DNA of 64,000 nucleotides from Camelus ferus (GCF_009834535.1 NC_045697.1:10170001-10234000), one strand, 5' to 3'; shown: positions 25,130-39,214, counted from the first letter of the stretch. Translations and numbers: made by a program. Notes: generated by a model from the letters alone, not told the origin.

Positions 25130-26210
25130 ACTTACTGAAGTATAATCTGCATATCAGAAAATTCACCCACGTGAGGATACAATTCAACGATTTTTAGTAC
25201 ATTTGTAGACTTGTGCAAACATCACCACAATCCAGCTTTAGAGTGTTTTCATTACCCCAGAAAGTCCCTTTATGCCTATTTGCAGATAATTCCCCTTTTC
25301 ACCCCCAGCCCTGGACAAACACTGATTTGTTTTATTTTCCTAAAAATGTGCCTTTTCTAGACATTTCATGTAAATAGAATATACAATATGTAGTGTTTTG
25401 CATCTGACTTCTTAGCATAATGTTTTTTGAGATTCATACATGTTGTAGTGTATATCCACATTTTGTTCCTTTTTATTGCTGAATTGCATTTCATCACCTG
25501 GATATACCACATTTTATTTATTCATTCATCTGTTGATGGATATTTGGATTCTTTCCAGGTTGAAGCTGTTATAAATAATGCTACTATGAACTGGGTCATA
25601 TGATAAATTTATATTTAACGCTATAAGGAGCCGCTGATCTATTTTCCAAAGTGGCTGTATCACTTTACTTTCCCACCGACAGTTTGTGAGAGGTTCAGTT
25701 TCTCCACTTCCGGCCCGACAATGTATATAATCTGTCTTTAATTTTAGTCTTAATAGTGTGTGTATGGTGGTATTTCATTGTGCCTTTAACTTGTATTTCC
25801 CAAACGATTAATGACACAGAGTATTTATCACATGCTTATTAGTAACTGATACATCTTCTTAGTAAGTCTATTTAAGATTTTACACGTTATTAATTGGATT
25901 CTTCGTCTTGCTGTGGAGTTGTAATAGTTCTGTACATATTCTGGATACAAGTACTTTATCAGATATATAACTTGCAAATATTTTTTCCAAGTACATGTCT
26001 AATCTTCATTTTCTTAATGATATCTTTTGAAGTACAGACGTTTTTAATTTTGATGAAGTCAAATTTATCACTTTTCTTCTATTATGGATTGTACTGTGGG
26101 GATTGTATCTAAAATTTTTTTGTCCCACCCAAAGTCGTGAAAATTTTCTTCTATATTGTCTGGAAGTTTTGTGTTTTTAGTTCTTACATTTGGTTAGGTC
26201 CATGGTCTAC
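25130..26210 (-). mobile_element. Old L1 3' remnant inserted into an L2 remnant (L2 at ~24640-25110 and ~26215-26850)
   Basis: Antisense L1 motifs (catcaccacaatccag; gatataccacattttatttattcattcatctgttgatgga; ttttccaaagtggctgtatc; tttttaattttgatgaagtcaaattta); L2-like sequence resumes on both sides. Confidence 0.8.
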
Positions 26211-26844
26211 TTGGAGACCATTCAAATTTTACTCAACTGAAACTGAGCTTCTGATCACCTTTTTCCAACCCCAGCCTGTTTCTCCTACAAAAACATTCCA
26301 ATTTCAGAAGCTTTACATATGGCTTCCCCTCTGGGAAGTTCGTGAAGCTTGTTAAACAACGTCATGAGGGTGGGGAAGTCCTGCTCTTCCCCATCTCACT
26401 AAAGAGACATTTCATTTTTTCCTATTGCTTGGGTCAAAAACTTCTAGTCACCGTAACTCATGTCCTTCTACTTGCCTACACCCAATCTGTCCATGAGTCC
26501 TGTTTGCTGTACTTTCAGATCTAAAACATGACCATTTCTCAGCATCCCCATTGCTACCATCCTGACCCAAACCATGTTCAACTCTCACCAGAAGTGTTGT
26601 AATAAAATAAAGTGTTGCAATAGCCTCTTATCTGATGCCCCTGCTTCTAGTCTCACCCTCCTGCTCGCCCCAGCACCCAGCGTGGTCTTGGAAAAGTAGT
26701 CACGTGACTCCTCTGTTCACATCCTCTGAGGGCTCTCAGTTGACTCAGAGTTAAAGCCAAATTCTGTAGAATGACCTACGCAGTGTGTCTCCCCCTTATC
26801 TCTATGACCTGATATCTTAATATTCCATCTCCTACCCCTCGTGG

Positions 26845-27070
26845 CTCCCTGTTCCGCATATACCCTGTATACACCCTGTATACTTTAAATCATCTCTTGC
26901 TTGCTTATAATACCTAATACAACGTTAGTGCTGCATAAATAATAATTGCTGGTTTACAGCAAATTTCGGTCTTGCTTTGTGGAACTTTCTGGAATTTTTT
27001 CAGAATATTTTCTATCTGTGGTTGGCAGAATCTTCAGATACAGAACTCCTGGCATGAGGGCCAACCATAC
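26845..27070. mobile_element. TcMar-Tigger DNA transposon remnant (MER2-like)
   Basis: tatactttaaatcatctct...cttataatacctaatacaa...aatattttctatctgtggttggcagaatc...gagggccaac. Confidence 0.7.
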
Positions 27071-29727
27071 TGCACTTCTAATTTTACAGCAAGTCCTTGG
27101 AAAGTCCTTGTATCCCCCAAAGTATACAAAGAGCTCTGGTCTGGACAGTGTGATTCACAGAACAATGGCCTATCAAGAAGTGTGGGAATTTCTGCAAAAG
27201 TACAGAGAAGAGAGGAGCACATCCAGATGGTGCAGTAAAGACCTTAGAAACCCACGTCTCCATAGACAACACGTCACATCGACTCAGGGACGGTGGACGA
27301 GAAGATCGGAAGATTATTTCAAAATGCAAGACCTTTTTTATTAGAAGGTGGTTGTATGTTCTGAGGGGTCAGGTATCATAGAAGTGGTTTAAAGAAAAAT
27401 GGAACATGTCCGCTGTTTTATTTAGTCTGTAAGGAGAGAGAAATGGACTCAAGCACGTATGGGAGGCAGCACGGGCAAGATCTGGAAGCCACTTGCAAAC
27501 ATGCGGCTGATGAGGCTTTGGGATTCATGGGTTCACTGAGAACCTGTGAGCATGTCCCTGCTGCCTCTGACGGAAAAGCATCACTTTGCCAAGGAAATCC
27601 ATATTTCATACTAACGGACATTAGGTACATATTTGTAATGGCATGTCTTAAAATTCTCTCTTTATCCATAAGTTCTTGCATGCCCTCGGATCAAATCTTT
27701 AATAATTTAAAAAGTTATTTTCATTGCATTCTTTGCATTGCAAGTGGCAGAAACTTTATTCGTGCCAGGTTTTCTCAGCTGTGTCACAGAGCTTCTTTAG
27801 TAAATGTGAAATCACGCCCTCTTTCAAGTTTGGCAAATCACTTCTTATCCCTAGGACAGGAAAAATAGAGACAGTTTGGGACCACAAAGCTGATTAGTAA
27901 TGTAGCGGAGAAACTGACAGTAAGGAGAAAAAAATGCCTTATGAGGGATGTCTTAGTATTTCTAGCTGTTTGAAGAAACTCTTTTGGCCACAGTCTACCA
28001 ACATAAAAATGAGAAGTCCCTATCAGTTATTACATCAGAGGGAGTGAATTAGTATATTTGGTTTTCCATGGATATCAAGTTAGTAATATTACCATAAAAA
28101 AATAGTTGTCATCATCAGATTTCACCCAAATGAGGATTACGTTTACTTTATTTGAAATTCCTCTTTAAGTATAATATCCCTCCCACCCTCATGGTTCCTT
28201 CATGTGTTTTCCTTCACTCATTTAGTGCCACAAGGCACCAGATACAAAAGTCACCAACGGTGTCCTTGCCCTCAAGCTGGCCCCATTCTAGCTGAGAAGA
28301 TAACGTGTCACCACCTAGTGGTACGATCGGATCTGGAAATCTTTGTATCCCCCCGATGCCTTCCACTAACAGAGGGTTTTGAAAAAATCAGGCAGAACTA
28401 CTTTTTATCATTTCAAAAATTTTCAAGGCCTTTAAAGCTAATACTACTGAAGCCACTTCGGTTTGTTTATTCAGAAAAGAAGGTGTTTATATAAAATATC
28501 TTGCCTCTCTTCTAAACAATAATTTATAAAATTATTCTAGTGAACTCCATGTAGGTAGTAGCTATTTTAAGTCAACTTAAAAAATTAGATCTCATCAAAA
28601 AAAAAAAAAAGAAAGAGGAGTAAATTAACAAGTTGTTCTTTTCATGTTCAGAGACATTGCGTGTTAACTTAAAAAGGCTTCTCTTTAGGGGCAGAAGCAC
28701 GGAGGATGGTCACCCGGAGAACAAGAGGGGAAAGCCCCAGGGGCCTAGGCTGGAAGCCCTTCTTTCTTCGCCCAGGTGGGCCACACACTTTCAGTGTCAC
28801 CTGTGCCCGCCCTGCGGGGCGGGGGACCATGGAACCTGGGGGAGGAAACAGGTATTAGTCGAATAACCACACAAATATGTAAATTCAAAATGCGACAGGA
28901 CAAGTCTCGGGCCTCTGACGTGGGGCTGTGATCCACCATGTGTGCGCACGTGGTCTATGAAATGGAAAATAATGACTTGAATTTTCTTTAACGAGTTAAA
29001 AAAGGGATGCCAAGGGCCACTTCACGGAGCTGATGGAGAGTCTCCTACAGAACTCAGACCTCAGCCCACACATGCAGGACTGCAGTCGTCACTGTGATCA
29101 CTCCGTGCCTTCGCACAGGCACTGACGACGTGGTACGGTTGGAGCCCAATCAAGGAGCATTTTACATCTCTGTGTCACATGAAAGGAGGAAAGCGCAGCC
29201 CAGGCCCCGAGCGGCCAGGCTGCAGAGACAGGTCCCCCGACCGACTGTGACCACCATCTTCTTTTGCATAAGAAGACGTGACGGTGACTAACGGCGGCCT
29301 CTGCCTGTCACCTCTTCACTTCCTCCTCTCGGCCGCTTGTCCCTCTACCGCTAATAACACACCTTGTCTTCTCTTTTTTCATTTTTCAGCCTTTCTCCCT
29401 TAACAGTGCCGATGGCCAGTGTCAGAAGCCTCCTCTCCCTGCCCTCCCTCCCTCGGGTACGGCTCTCTCAGCACGTCAGCATCACCACGGTAGAAGTGCT
29501 TCCTGAGTCTTTCTCTCCGGGCCTGGACCCCTTCCCACCGCTCGGTGTGCAGGGCCAGCACACATTCCCGTGTCCTCCCAGCACCCCAGACTCACCCCAC
29601 CTCCAGACTAAGTCACTCCAGTGCCTCCCCATCTTGGCTTCTTTCCTCTTTTCTCTTTCTCCCTCAGGAGCGCCAAGCCACTACTCGCCTCAGTCAAGAC
29701 CTCAGACACCTTCGCCTTCTCTTTCTT

Positions 29728-29878
29728 GAAACCAGGGGTCCTCCAACTTAAGTGTGTCTTTAAATCACTTAGACGGAAGCTCCACCTCCAGATTCAGATT
29801 CAGGGGGTCTGGGGCAGGGCCGAGAACTGGCACGTCCACCAAGAGCCCAGGAGATGCTGCTGCCGTGAGAACTAGTGC
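29728..29878. mobile_element. hAT-Charlie MITE (MER5A-like)
   Basis: ccaggggtcctccaactt...gattcagggggtctggggcagggccgagaactggcac...cccaggagatgctgctgc...tgagaactagtg. Confidence 0.6.
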
Positions 29879-30985
29879 CCCACCTCTCAGGGAACGATCA
29901 GACTGTCTTTGTGGTCTCTTCGCCGTGGCTCCCACTGACTCTCTCCTCTTATCATCTCACCAGGGCATCCCAGCTGGGGTCCCTGGTGCCTGCGTCCCAA
30001 CTGCCCTGTACCTGCACCCCCAGGTGCAGCTGCCAACATTCACCTCCTCTTCTCTCCACATCCTTCGAGACGTCCCCCCTGCATGGAGAATATATTCCAG
30101 ACTGACGTCAGTGGCTCCCCATAACTTGACCTCAAACCCTTTCTGCAATTTCATCTTCTACTTTGTCCCAGTAGAGCCCTCCTGCTCCAGGCATGGTAAC
30201 ACTTTTTTTTTTCCCCAAACACTTTGCTTTGGTTCCACCTTTTTCATCATGATGTAGCGTGTTTGGGAACACTGGGACTGGGACCAAATTCCAAGCACCC
30301 CAGCTCCTAGCTCTGTGGTCATCATGCCGGTCGCTGATCACGGAGGACCTCAGAGTCTCCATCTTCAAGACCCCGGGTGATAGTAATACCTGTGTCCTCC
30401 TAGCTGGGCTGGCGTGAGACTGATGAGAAAATGCATTCCACACATGTGTCACAAAGCCCGGCGCACAACAGCTGAACGACATTCCATGATATTTATGTAT
30501 AGTTTTAATAATATGGACAAAATACATGCTGCCTCTAAGATGTAGCCCAGGGCGACAGCCTGGGCTTGCAGGAAAGGTTTCTCTGATTGAAGTTGTGAGC
30601 GCTGTTGAAAGTTGAGCCCCAAAATCAATAGCCATCCATTCATCTGACGAGCCTGTTTCTCAGATCATCAAATTTGCGAGCCTCTTCCCAGTGGTAATTG
30701 AATCGCTAAGCGTGTCTGTGCCTGGACTAGTCGGGTGTCATTTGTTTTATTCTTAGTTAAGTCGATGTGACAGTCCTGATAGGACCAGCATTTTCACTGT
30801 CGGACTTAAAGAAGCCAAGACATGTACGTCTTACATCAGATGGACGGTTGTCAGCATTATCTCATGATGGCTTATATGAAGTTCTAAATTTGCAAAGCAA
30901 AGTTACATTCTTTTGCTATTTTTTAATCTACTGTTTCCTTTGGGGGGGGAATGTTCTGTTTAAGTAATATTCTTGTATTTTTTAG

Positions 30986-31074
30986 GCTTACCTCCAATTC
31001 CCTCAGCTTCCAGAACAGGCTTTGCAGAATTTTCCATGAGAGAACGCATGAGGGAGAAATTACAAGCCGCAAGG
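30986..31074 (+). CDS. CC2D2A: CC2D2A coding exon 4 ([30 protein letters not shown])
   Basis: TAG acceptor, GTGAGA donor, 89 nt, phase-compatible; near-identical to human. Confidence 0.97.
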
Positions 31075-31400
31075 GTGAGAGAAACCACAGGAATATTTTG
31101 TTCAGTGATTGCAGCGCATCCTTTCTGGTTGAGCTTGTTTTGTTTGCTCAAAACTGCATGAATCTGAATACAGCTAAATTTGTTTTTCACATTTTAAATG
31201 TTAATGCAGTATTTAACAGTGACACAGATGACAATGATGCTTAAAAAGAATTTAACGTCCTTTTTCTAAGCTATTGCTCTTATCTCGTAAAGAAGTATGA
31301 TGTGTATTTTTTTACTGATTATTTTCTCCCAAGATTGTGACCGAGGTCTTCATAGCACTACTGACAACTTATAGCAGTAATTTTCTGTTTGATTCTTCAG

Positions 31401-31502
31401 TCCAAAGCAGAAAGTGCATTGCTGCAGGAAATCCCCACCCCTCGGCCCAGGTGCTCACGAAGTCCCAGTGAGCAACAAGTGGAGACTGAGTTCGGCGCGG
31501 AG
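31401..31502 (+). CDS. CC2D2A: CC2D2A coding exon 5 ([34 protein letters not shown])
   Basis: CAG acceptor, GTAAGA donor, 102 nt. Confidence 0.97.
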
Positions 31503-31629
31503 GTAAGAAGTGGGCCATCCCTACTTTATGACCAAAGACAGTGAAGCAGAATAGAAATTTTCCAGCAGAAGTTCTTGAACAGAGCTATGCAGAGAGGAGG
31601 CGTTGAATTCTTACTGAGAATTACAACAG

Positions 31630-31850
31630 CTCCTATCTATAGCTCAGTATTACTCAGTGCCAGGCATTTTGCCAAGTCTCTTCCCCATGTTATCACATCT
31701 TTATCCCAACACTCCTATGAGGTGGGTACTAATAGTTTTCTTTCACATTTGACAGATGAGAAAACTGAGGTTTAGAGGGGCTGCAAAGCCATCCCCAGGT
31801 CACAGAGCACGTGTGTAGAGGAGTCACGATTTGATCTCGGCTCCATCCCA
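31630..31850 (-). mobile_element. MIR SINE
   Basis: ctcctatgaggtgggtact...tttgacagatgagaaaactgaggtttagagggg...ccccaggtcacagagc. Confidence 0.8.
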
Positions 31851-33676
31851 ACCCCAGTCTGTCTCATGGGCCGGCGTTGCTGGATCCATGGATCTTGCTG
31901 GGAAACAGAGAAAGAGATTAGAGTAGAATCGGATGGCGGGGGCCTTGAGGGTTACACTGAGGGGCTCCGATGGTTTTCTGCATGCCCTGGAAAGCTGTTG
32001 ACAATATAGGATGCAATATTGAATCTACTGGACTGATTTTTGTTTGAACATGAGAGGCTGGTGGGGCATCTCAATGTGTGCTCCCCTGGAGATGCAGACA
32101 GTGGAAGGAACCAGGCCTGGAGAAGCAGATGTAGGAGGCAGCTCTACTGTGAGAGTTTTGAAGTTCTGAGAGTGCCTTTGTTTCCCGAGGGCAAGAATGA
32201 ATGAATGAAGACAATCTTACACTTGGGAAAAAACTGACCATCAAGGCCCGTGAGGCAGAGAGGAAGCCAGTAAAAGAAAGAAAGACATCAGGGATGCAGA
32301 TGAAGGACAAGCATGTAAGAGGGCAGAAGAAGGAACAGGAGGAGCGGAGGGCGCAGGGAGGTGCTTGCAAGTCTAGTCCAGCTGATGGTTGTTGATGACA
32401 GTTCGGGTTGTTTTCCACCCTGAGACAAAGAAGCCCAGGCTTTTAGGGATATTTCTGGAGCACAACCAGTAATTTCTTAGATGATGCCATTTCTTTTCCT
32501 ATGAGGAGATGCCATAAATTTTTACCTGTATTCATCCCAAACAAGCCAAAGGTTGCGTGATTGTAAGGAAAAGTGCAGCCGTGCTCATGGGCGGGGGCCC
32601 GTGGTAGTAGGAACAGCCAGTCAGTTCACAGAAATGACTTTACGACTGTTCGCAACCCCATTCTACTGAGGGCACATGTCTTTTTCTTGAATTCCAGTTT
32701 ATTCTCTTCCATTAGAGCCATGATTGTCAGAACCATGATTCTAAAATATTGGAAAATAAAGGAAAACTACCTAAAGTCCCCTCAGCTTGACACAGACACT
32801 CTGCTGTTTTGGTAGGTGTGTGAGTCCTGGCACCTAGTCAGCTGGGCTACGTGACGGCTGGGAGGGTCTGGTCTCCCACACCTGGCCTCATCTGTACCTT
32901 CTGATGGGTAGTTATTTCACAAAGTCACGGTAGCTCTCATTGTCCGTGGGCCGTGAATATGATAGCCCCAGTCCAGCTGGAGGCTTTGGAAGGAAAAATA
33001 TACTCCCTTGGCTCTCAGGGCATTTGTCTCTCCTTGTGCGCGGGGCCTCGACCTGCGTGTCCATTATATTCCGTAGCCCCTAAGAGTCATTCTGTGCATT
33101 TGAGGCAAACATCAGCTGCCTTGTCTTTAGACTCGATCTCAGGGCCCTAAAGGAACATGGCACTCACAAGCATACTTCTTCATGTATATACCTCGACCCG
33201 GATGGGACGTCTAAAAAGTGGTCCTTTTATATATATCCCATGGAGCAAAGAGTGGAGAACAGGAAGAACATGGGAGCTGGACCGCAGCTGCCCAGCATTA
33301 AATGCTGGCAGGCTCACTCGCTAGCAGCGTGACCTTGGACATGTAAGAGAAAGGAAATAGCTTTGCATGGTCTTGAAAAACAGGTAGGACTTGAGAAGAA
33401 CACCTGAAGATCCCCAGCGCAGGTACACTACGTTTCATTCCTAGTGATGAGAAGTGTTCCATGCTGTGGAATGTCTCAGTGTGGATTATAATAATAAGGT
33501 TTCCATCAGAGGTAGAATAAGTTTGTCCCTTCTTACTGTGAATATCTACATATATGGCCGGGACGGCTAAGACTTGCCCAGAAGGAAGGCTCGGCATTTG
33601 GATTGTACTTGCTGAAAAAGGAGGAGTGGCCTGGTTCTAGAAGGAGTGGATTAGGAATGAAGTTTTCCTTTACTGG

Positions 33677-33800
33677 AGGGGGTGGGTAATGAGGTTTATT
33701 TATTTAGTTAGTTTTTTCTTTTAATTGGAAGTACTGGGGATTGAACCCAGGACCTCGTGCATGCTAAGCACACACTCTACCACGGAGCTATACCCTCCCC
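33677..33800 (-). mobile_element. tRNA-derived SINE (vic-1-like)
   Basis: gtactggggattgaacccaggacctcgtgcatgctaagcacacactctaccacggagctataccctcccc. Confidence 0.92.
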
Positions 33801-34059
33801 ACTAGAAGGGGTGGGTTTGAAGGAGAGATGAGGACAAAGCAGTAGCAGCACCTGGTGGACTGGCTCTCAGGAGAAAGGAGACACCCAGAATGACAACGAG
33901 AGCATCAAGCCCATGTGAGCAGGAGGCTGAGCTCCCCACGGGGACAGCAGGTCCAGAGGCGCCCGAGGAGGACTGGCCTGCACCCTGGAGTGTGTGTGCT
34001 GCACTTATTTACAATTGGACATTATAGATGCTTCTCATCACAGGCTGTTTGCCTTTTGT

Positions 34060-34252
34060 TTTTGTTTTTTTAATGGAAGTACAGTCAGTTACAATGTGTC
34101 AGTCTCTGGTGTACAGCACGATGTCCCTAGTCATGCACATACATACAAATATTCTTTTTCATTAAAGATTATTACAAGATATTGAACATAGTTCCCTGTG
34201 CCATACAGAAGAAACTTTTTAAATCTATTATATTTTTAATCTATTTTTATAT
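34060..34252 (-). mobile_element. Short lineage-type L1 3' end
   Basis: gaagtacagtcagttacaatgtgtcagtctctggtgtacagc...atattgaacatagttccctgtgccatacag; same family as 17909 and 43589 copies. Confidence 0.85.
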
Positions 34253-34556
34253 GAAACTATTTAGAAATGATCCTCTGTGAACTGGATAATCTATTGATCT
34301 GTAGGAGGAAATAAGACATTTCATTTTAGGGTTTCTTGATGATGAAATTTTATATTTGTCCAGTCTTGAGAGAGACAGAGCTGAGAAAGAAAATATTCAG
34401 CAAACCTGAACCTTCAAATATATTTGAAATTTGTAAACATTTCATGAGATGCATCAATGGTCAGAAGATAAGCCTTTTGAGGGTTAATGCTTGCTCTAGA
34501 ACATCCTTAGTTTCTCGATTTAAATGGTGTATCTATCATTTTTTCCACTTACATAG

Positions 34557-34658
34557 ACAGGCAGAGAGGTACAAAGGACTCAACTAGAAGAAGACTCCCG
34601 AGCTTACTCAAGAGTAAAGTTCCATGACTCGGCACGAAAAATCAAGTCTAAACCCCCG
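34557..34658 (+). CDS. CC2D2A: CC2D2A coding exon 6 ([34 protein letters not shown])
   Basis: TAG acceptor (34554-34556), GTGAGA donor, 102 nt; [14 protein letters not shown] conserved. Confidence 0.95.
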
Positions 34659-35401
34659 GTGAGAAATCCTGTCTTTTTAAATTATGCTTGTTTTAAATTA
34701 TGCATACTTTACATCAAATAGTTTGTTGATTTGTTTGTGGTTTTCAAAACTATCCAATGAGAGATGACTATGTCCATGAGTTGACCCCTACTGCCATGGA
34801 CTATGTAAGAAAAAAGTATGAGAAGTGATTCCCACTTTTGAAATCCTGGAATCTAGCTGGAGAGATGAGAATACTGCCTGACTCGGGGAAGGGAGATGCC
34901 TGGAGGGGCAGGAAATGTTTATGATAAGACTCCTTGCTCAGCTGTACAGTTGCACCAGCTTTTATTATGGGGAAAAGGGGCTACCAACTCAAGAAGAATC
35001 AAAACAAACCAAAATATTGTCTTTTTTTAAAAAATGTTAAACGTGTTGCTCATAATTAAACAAAAGTATCTTGCGCTGTTCTGTAAAGTATTGAATCCAC
35101 TTTTTGGCATTTTAATCATCTTTTTTAAAGTTTTTACTGCTGTAAATAATATAGTTACATGTTTGCTGGAATGTAAATAACTGCTGATTTATAAAAAAAA
35201 AAAAAGTGACTCATTAAAGCTACTTAATAAAGGAGGCCTGTTGCACCTGTTAAAGTTGATTACCTTCAACCGAGGTAATGTGCTTAGGAAGCCTAGGGTG
35301 TCCCAGACGTCATTAGCACCCAGCCAGCTGTCAGTGAGCCGCGTGGAGCTTGTCCCAGCCCAGATTATTGAAATTCTGTTGCTTGCTATACTTCTCGGCA
35401 G

Positions 35402-35578
35402 GTTCCGCCTGGCTTCCCTTCTGCCGAGGAAGCCTACAACTTCTTCACTTTCAACTTTGATCCCGAACCAGAGGAATCAGAGGAAAAACCAAAAGCAAAA
35501 CATAGAGATGGAACTAACCAAGAGGAGAAGGAAGGGGAGGAAGAAGAGCCACCTGTGCAAGAAGGAGCAGACAAAACG
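35402..35578 (+). CDS. CC2D2A: CC2D2A coding exon 7 ([34 protein letters not shown]...GADKT)
   Basis: CAG acceptor, GTATTT donor, 177 nt. Confidence 0.96.
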
Positions 35579-36064
35579 GTATTTAGTTCTCTGGTGGGAA
35601 CCAGGACAGGGATGAAGATGATGGTGGTGGTGGTGGTGATGGTGGTGATGACATCCTAGCCAGGAAGAAAGCGGCTGAGGACAGACTCACCACCACCACA
35701 TAGAACCGTTCATCCATGTCTTAGCTGAAAGCAGTAGGACTACTAGGTTCACATGACTTTCTGAAGCCCTGATTTCATCCCATAATTTGGGCAATGAGGG
35801 CCCTGATTAAATCCGTCCATCTTTCCTTTGTGGGAAAGATGAAAGCAGAACAATGTGGCTTGCAGATTTTTCTGGCTGGATTCCACACAAGGATTAATAT
35901 TCATTTCACATGCAAAATATTTGCCTCTCTGAGGCAAATGCAACCTAGCTCTCTCTCTCCCCACCACCTTACAGGTGAGCATCTTTTTGCGCCCCGTATC
36001 ACACCCCCGCGACAACTCACATTCCTTAATGGTGGGTGGCATGTGTGAGATAAAAGAAAACAGG

Positions 36065-36945
36065 CCGTTAAAAAACGGGCAGAGGACTTGAATAGCCATC
36101 TCTCCAAGGGAGATATAAAATGGCCAATAAGGACATAAAAAGAGACTTAGCATCACTAATCATTAGGGAAATGCAAATCCAAGCCACAATGAGGTGCTGC
36201 TTTACACAAAGCAGAATGACTATTATAAAATAGATGGTAGGTAGATGGAAGAAGGAAGGAAGGACGGACACAAAGAAGGAGGGAAAGAAGGAAGGACGGA
36301 CAAGTGTTGGCAAGGATGTGGAGAAACCGGACCCTTGTACATTGCTACTGGTGATGCCAAGTGATGCAGCTGCTATGAAAAGCAATCTAGTGGATCCTAT
36401 AAAATTCAAACATAGAACTACCACACAATCTAGCAGTCCCACTTCCGGTGTATACCCAAAAATTTGAAAGCAACCACTCAAACAGATATTTGTACACTCA
36501 TGTTGATAGAAGCATTATTGACAATAGCCAAAAGCAGAAGCAATCTACCTACCCACCAGCAGGTGAATAGCTACATACAATGTAGTCTATACATACCGCA
36601 GAATATTATTCAGCATTAAGAAGCAAGGACATTCTGACATACGCTGGACACAGATGAACCTTGAAGACGGTGTGCTTAGTGAAATAAGCTAAGAGGACAA
36701 ATACCGTTTGATCTCACTTCCATGAGGTACCCAGAGTTGTCAAGTTCATGGAGAAAGACAGCAGAATGGCGGTTGCCAGGGGCTGCAGGGGCGGGTTTCA
36801 GCTGGGGAGAATGAGAAAGTTCTGGAGAAGGATGGTGACAGATGGCTGTATGGCAGGCTAAATGTACTTAACGCCACCAAACTGTACACTTACATATGCT
36901 TAAAACGATCAATGTTACGTTACTTATATTTTACCATAATAAAAA
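36065..36945 (+). mobile_element. Old L1 (L1MB-like) 3' end
   Basis: aggacttgaatagccatctctccaagggagatataaaatggccaataag...catcactaatcattagggaaatgcaaatc...caagtgttggcaaggatgtggagaaac...ttttaccataataaaaaa. Confidence 0.9.
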
Positions 36946-37059
36946 ACAGTAATGGAAGCACATCAGCATTTGTACAGTTGACCTATTTCTGGACTTACCT
37001 TTTACCACTTTCTTTGAAAAATGGCTCCCAGAAAGGTAGTTTCTCACCCAGGCCTATGA

Positions 37060-37510
37060 AAACTCGGCAACACTTGAGCGTGTTCTGTAATGATTGTTTT
37101 ACAAATCCATGTTCGGCTCGTTCTGGCTCAGGACCTCCCTGAGGTGGCAGACAAGGCGGCCCAGGCTGCAGGCATCTGAAGGCTTGACTGAGTCGGGGGG
37201 CTTTGTGTCCGAGGCAGGTCATCCGTCTGCCCAGCAAGTGCTGGCTGGTGGCCGGAGGCCTCAGCTCAGACATCCCCGACGAGCTCCCCGAGTGTCCTCA
37301 TGACATCACAGCTGGTTTCCCCAAAGCAAGCGATCCCAGAGGGAGCAAGGAGGGAGCCAGGGTGCCTTTTATGACCTAGTGTCAGAAACTACACACCGCA
37401 CTTATATGTTACTCACAGAAGCACGTCCGCACAGCCCACGTGGAAAGGGAGGCGAGTCAGGTCCCACTTTCAGGAGGCAGGACTGTCAGCAAGTTTGTGG
37501 GTTTCTTAAA
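37060..37510 (-). mobile_element. Old MLT1-type LTR remnant
   Basis: ggctgcaggcatctgaaggcttgactg...gagtgtcctcatgacatcacagctggtttcccc...ttttatgacctagtgtcagaa. Confidence 0.65.
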
Positions 37511-38757
37511 TCAGGACCCCTCTCTCCAAAAGCCACGTGTCCCTGGAAGCTCCGTGCTCCTAAAGCTGCCCTTTTAAGTCATGCCTACTTTGAAGCCGCT
37601 CCCCTGTAGCCAGCAGTCCGGGCTCTGGTCTGTCAGACGCTTTTGTAGTCTTTTCGTGCTCAAAGTGGATTTAGTCTTCCTGGTGGAGGGTTTGGGTCAC
37701 CTGCGGGTCCCATCGCTAGCTTCCCTCTCCTGCCTTCTCTGCAGCTTTATGTCTTCACTCACCGCAAGGCAGAGGTGGAGGGCGAGCAAGAAGGATCACA
37801 CACTGACACGAGGCGGTGTTCCTCCTTTCACGTTTTTGACGTTTTCAGCATTCTCTGTCTTCAGATTAGGCGGAGAGTGTGGGCGCCACGTAGGTTTACC
37901 TCTCCCTGATCATTTTGCATATCTGGGGAGGAAATATTAGGAGGAGGGAAGTGAGGCTACCTCCGTGGGCTTCAGCTCCCTGGCAGTCTCCACGGGCTCT
38001 TACAAGGTGGTGATCCTAAATAATGTCAAGTTTAAATTTTTAAAAGAAGAACAAGAAGGAGAAAGAAAAGGAGGAGACAGGGAAGAAGGGAAAGGAGAGA
38101 GGAGGAGAAAGAAAAGGGAAAAAAATGTTTGGAAAATATTCAAACTAAATGAACATACTTCAGCTGACATATGTGATGTCAGGCCCTGTGCTTGGAATTT
38201 TTACATACATCATTTAATTTCATTCTCACAAAACCCTAAGAGGTAAGCTCTATTAATATCCCTGTCTTACAAGGATCGGAAGGGCAGGTTAGTTTCCCTG
38301 CAGTTGCCCAGGCAGCGTGCGGTGAAGCCAGGATTCAAGCCCAGGCGTCTGCTCAGCGTGTGTGGGCCCCGCACTCGGTGCATTTGCCCTGGGGTCGCTG
38401 CCAGGGGGAAGGTTAAAACACTACACAACTTATGAACCCAGGCTCTTTAAGTGCCAAAGACTCAGCACCCTCATAGGAGGTCAGAGTCCTTGAGGTTTCA
38501 CTCGCTTTGCTTAGCATATGTCTTCTGACCACAGCCCATTCTGATTTTGACATTCTTGAAATATGCAGAATAGGGAAAAATAAAGCTTATTAAATATGAA
38601 AGGCCATACAGTTTTATGCTTTCATTCGGAGAAACGTAAAAGGAAAAGGTAGCTTTATTGTAGGATATGTCGTCTGATGCATTTAGTATCTTTGATTGTT
38701 CTTCTAAGTAAATTAATTATCTTTGCCTGATTGTTTCTTGTTGTTGATGTCATGCAG

Positions 38758-38920
38758 GGTGAGGAGGAGCTCCTTGAAGGCAAGGATGCTGAGGATCTCC
38801 TGCTGGGCTTAGATCACACGGATGCAGATTTTGTGGCAGTCAGACCAGCAGATTATGAAGGTGTCCACATTCGGCTGCAGATGGAAAAAGAACTCCTGTT
38901 CACACCCAGTAGGCTGACAG
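38758..38920 (+). CDS. CC2D2A: CC2D2A coding exon 8 ([20 protein letters not shown]...[15 protein letters not shown])
   Basis: CAG acceptor, AG|GTTCGT donor, 163 nt. Confidence 0.96.
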
Positions 38921-39214
38921 GTTCGTGCTCTTTTTATCTTCCTGCTCAGCACAGGCATCTTCATTTTCCTCCAAATGAAATCTGGCTGGTGTACAAGGAT
39001 GCCCGATTTCCACAGCCAGTCCCAACTTCTAATCTGATTTAATAATCTGGAAGAAATATGTTCAGACAAAAAAATGCAGAAGGTGAGAAAATATCCATTC
39101 AACAACACTTGTTGGTGGGAGAGCAGAGGAAATGCCAGGATGCTGTGGGAGCCCCTTCACCAAATCCGTGACCAGTTCTGGGCACTGAGAGCATGTGAGA
39201 CTCTCAGATTTGGG

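Noticed and set aside
30101..30112. Perfect palindrome ACTGACGTCAGT containing a full CRE
   Set aside because: A single 8-bp site in 64 kb is expected by chance, and there is no supporting context.
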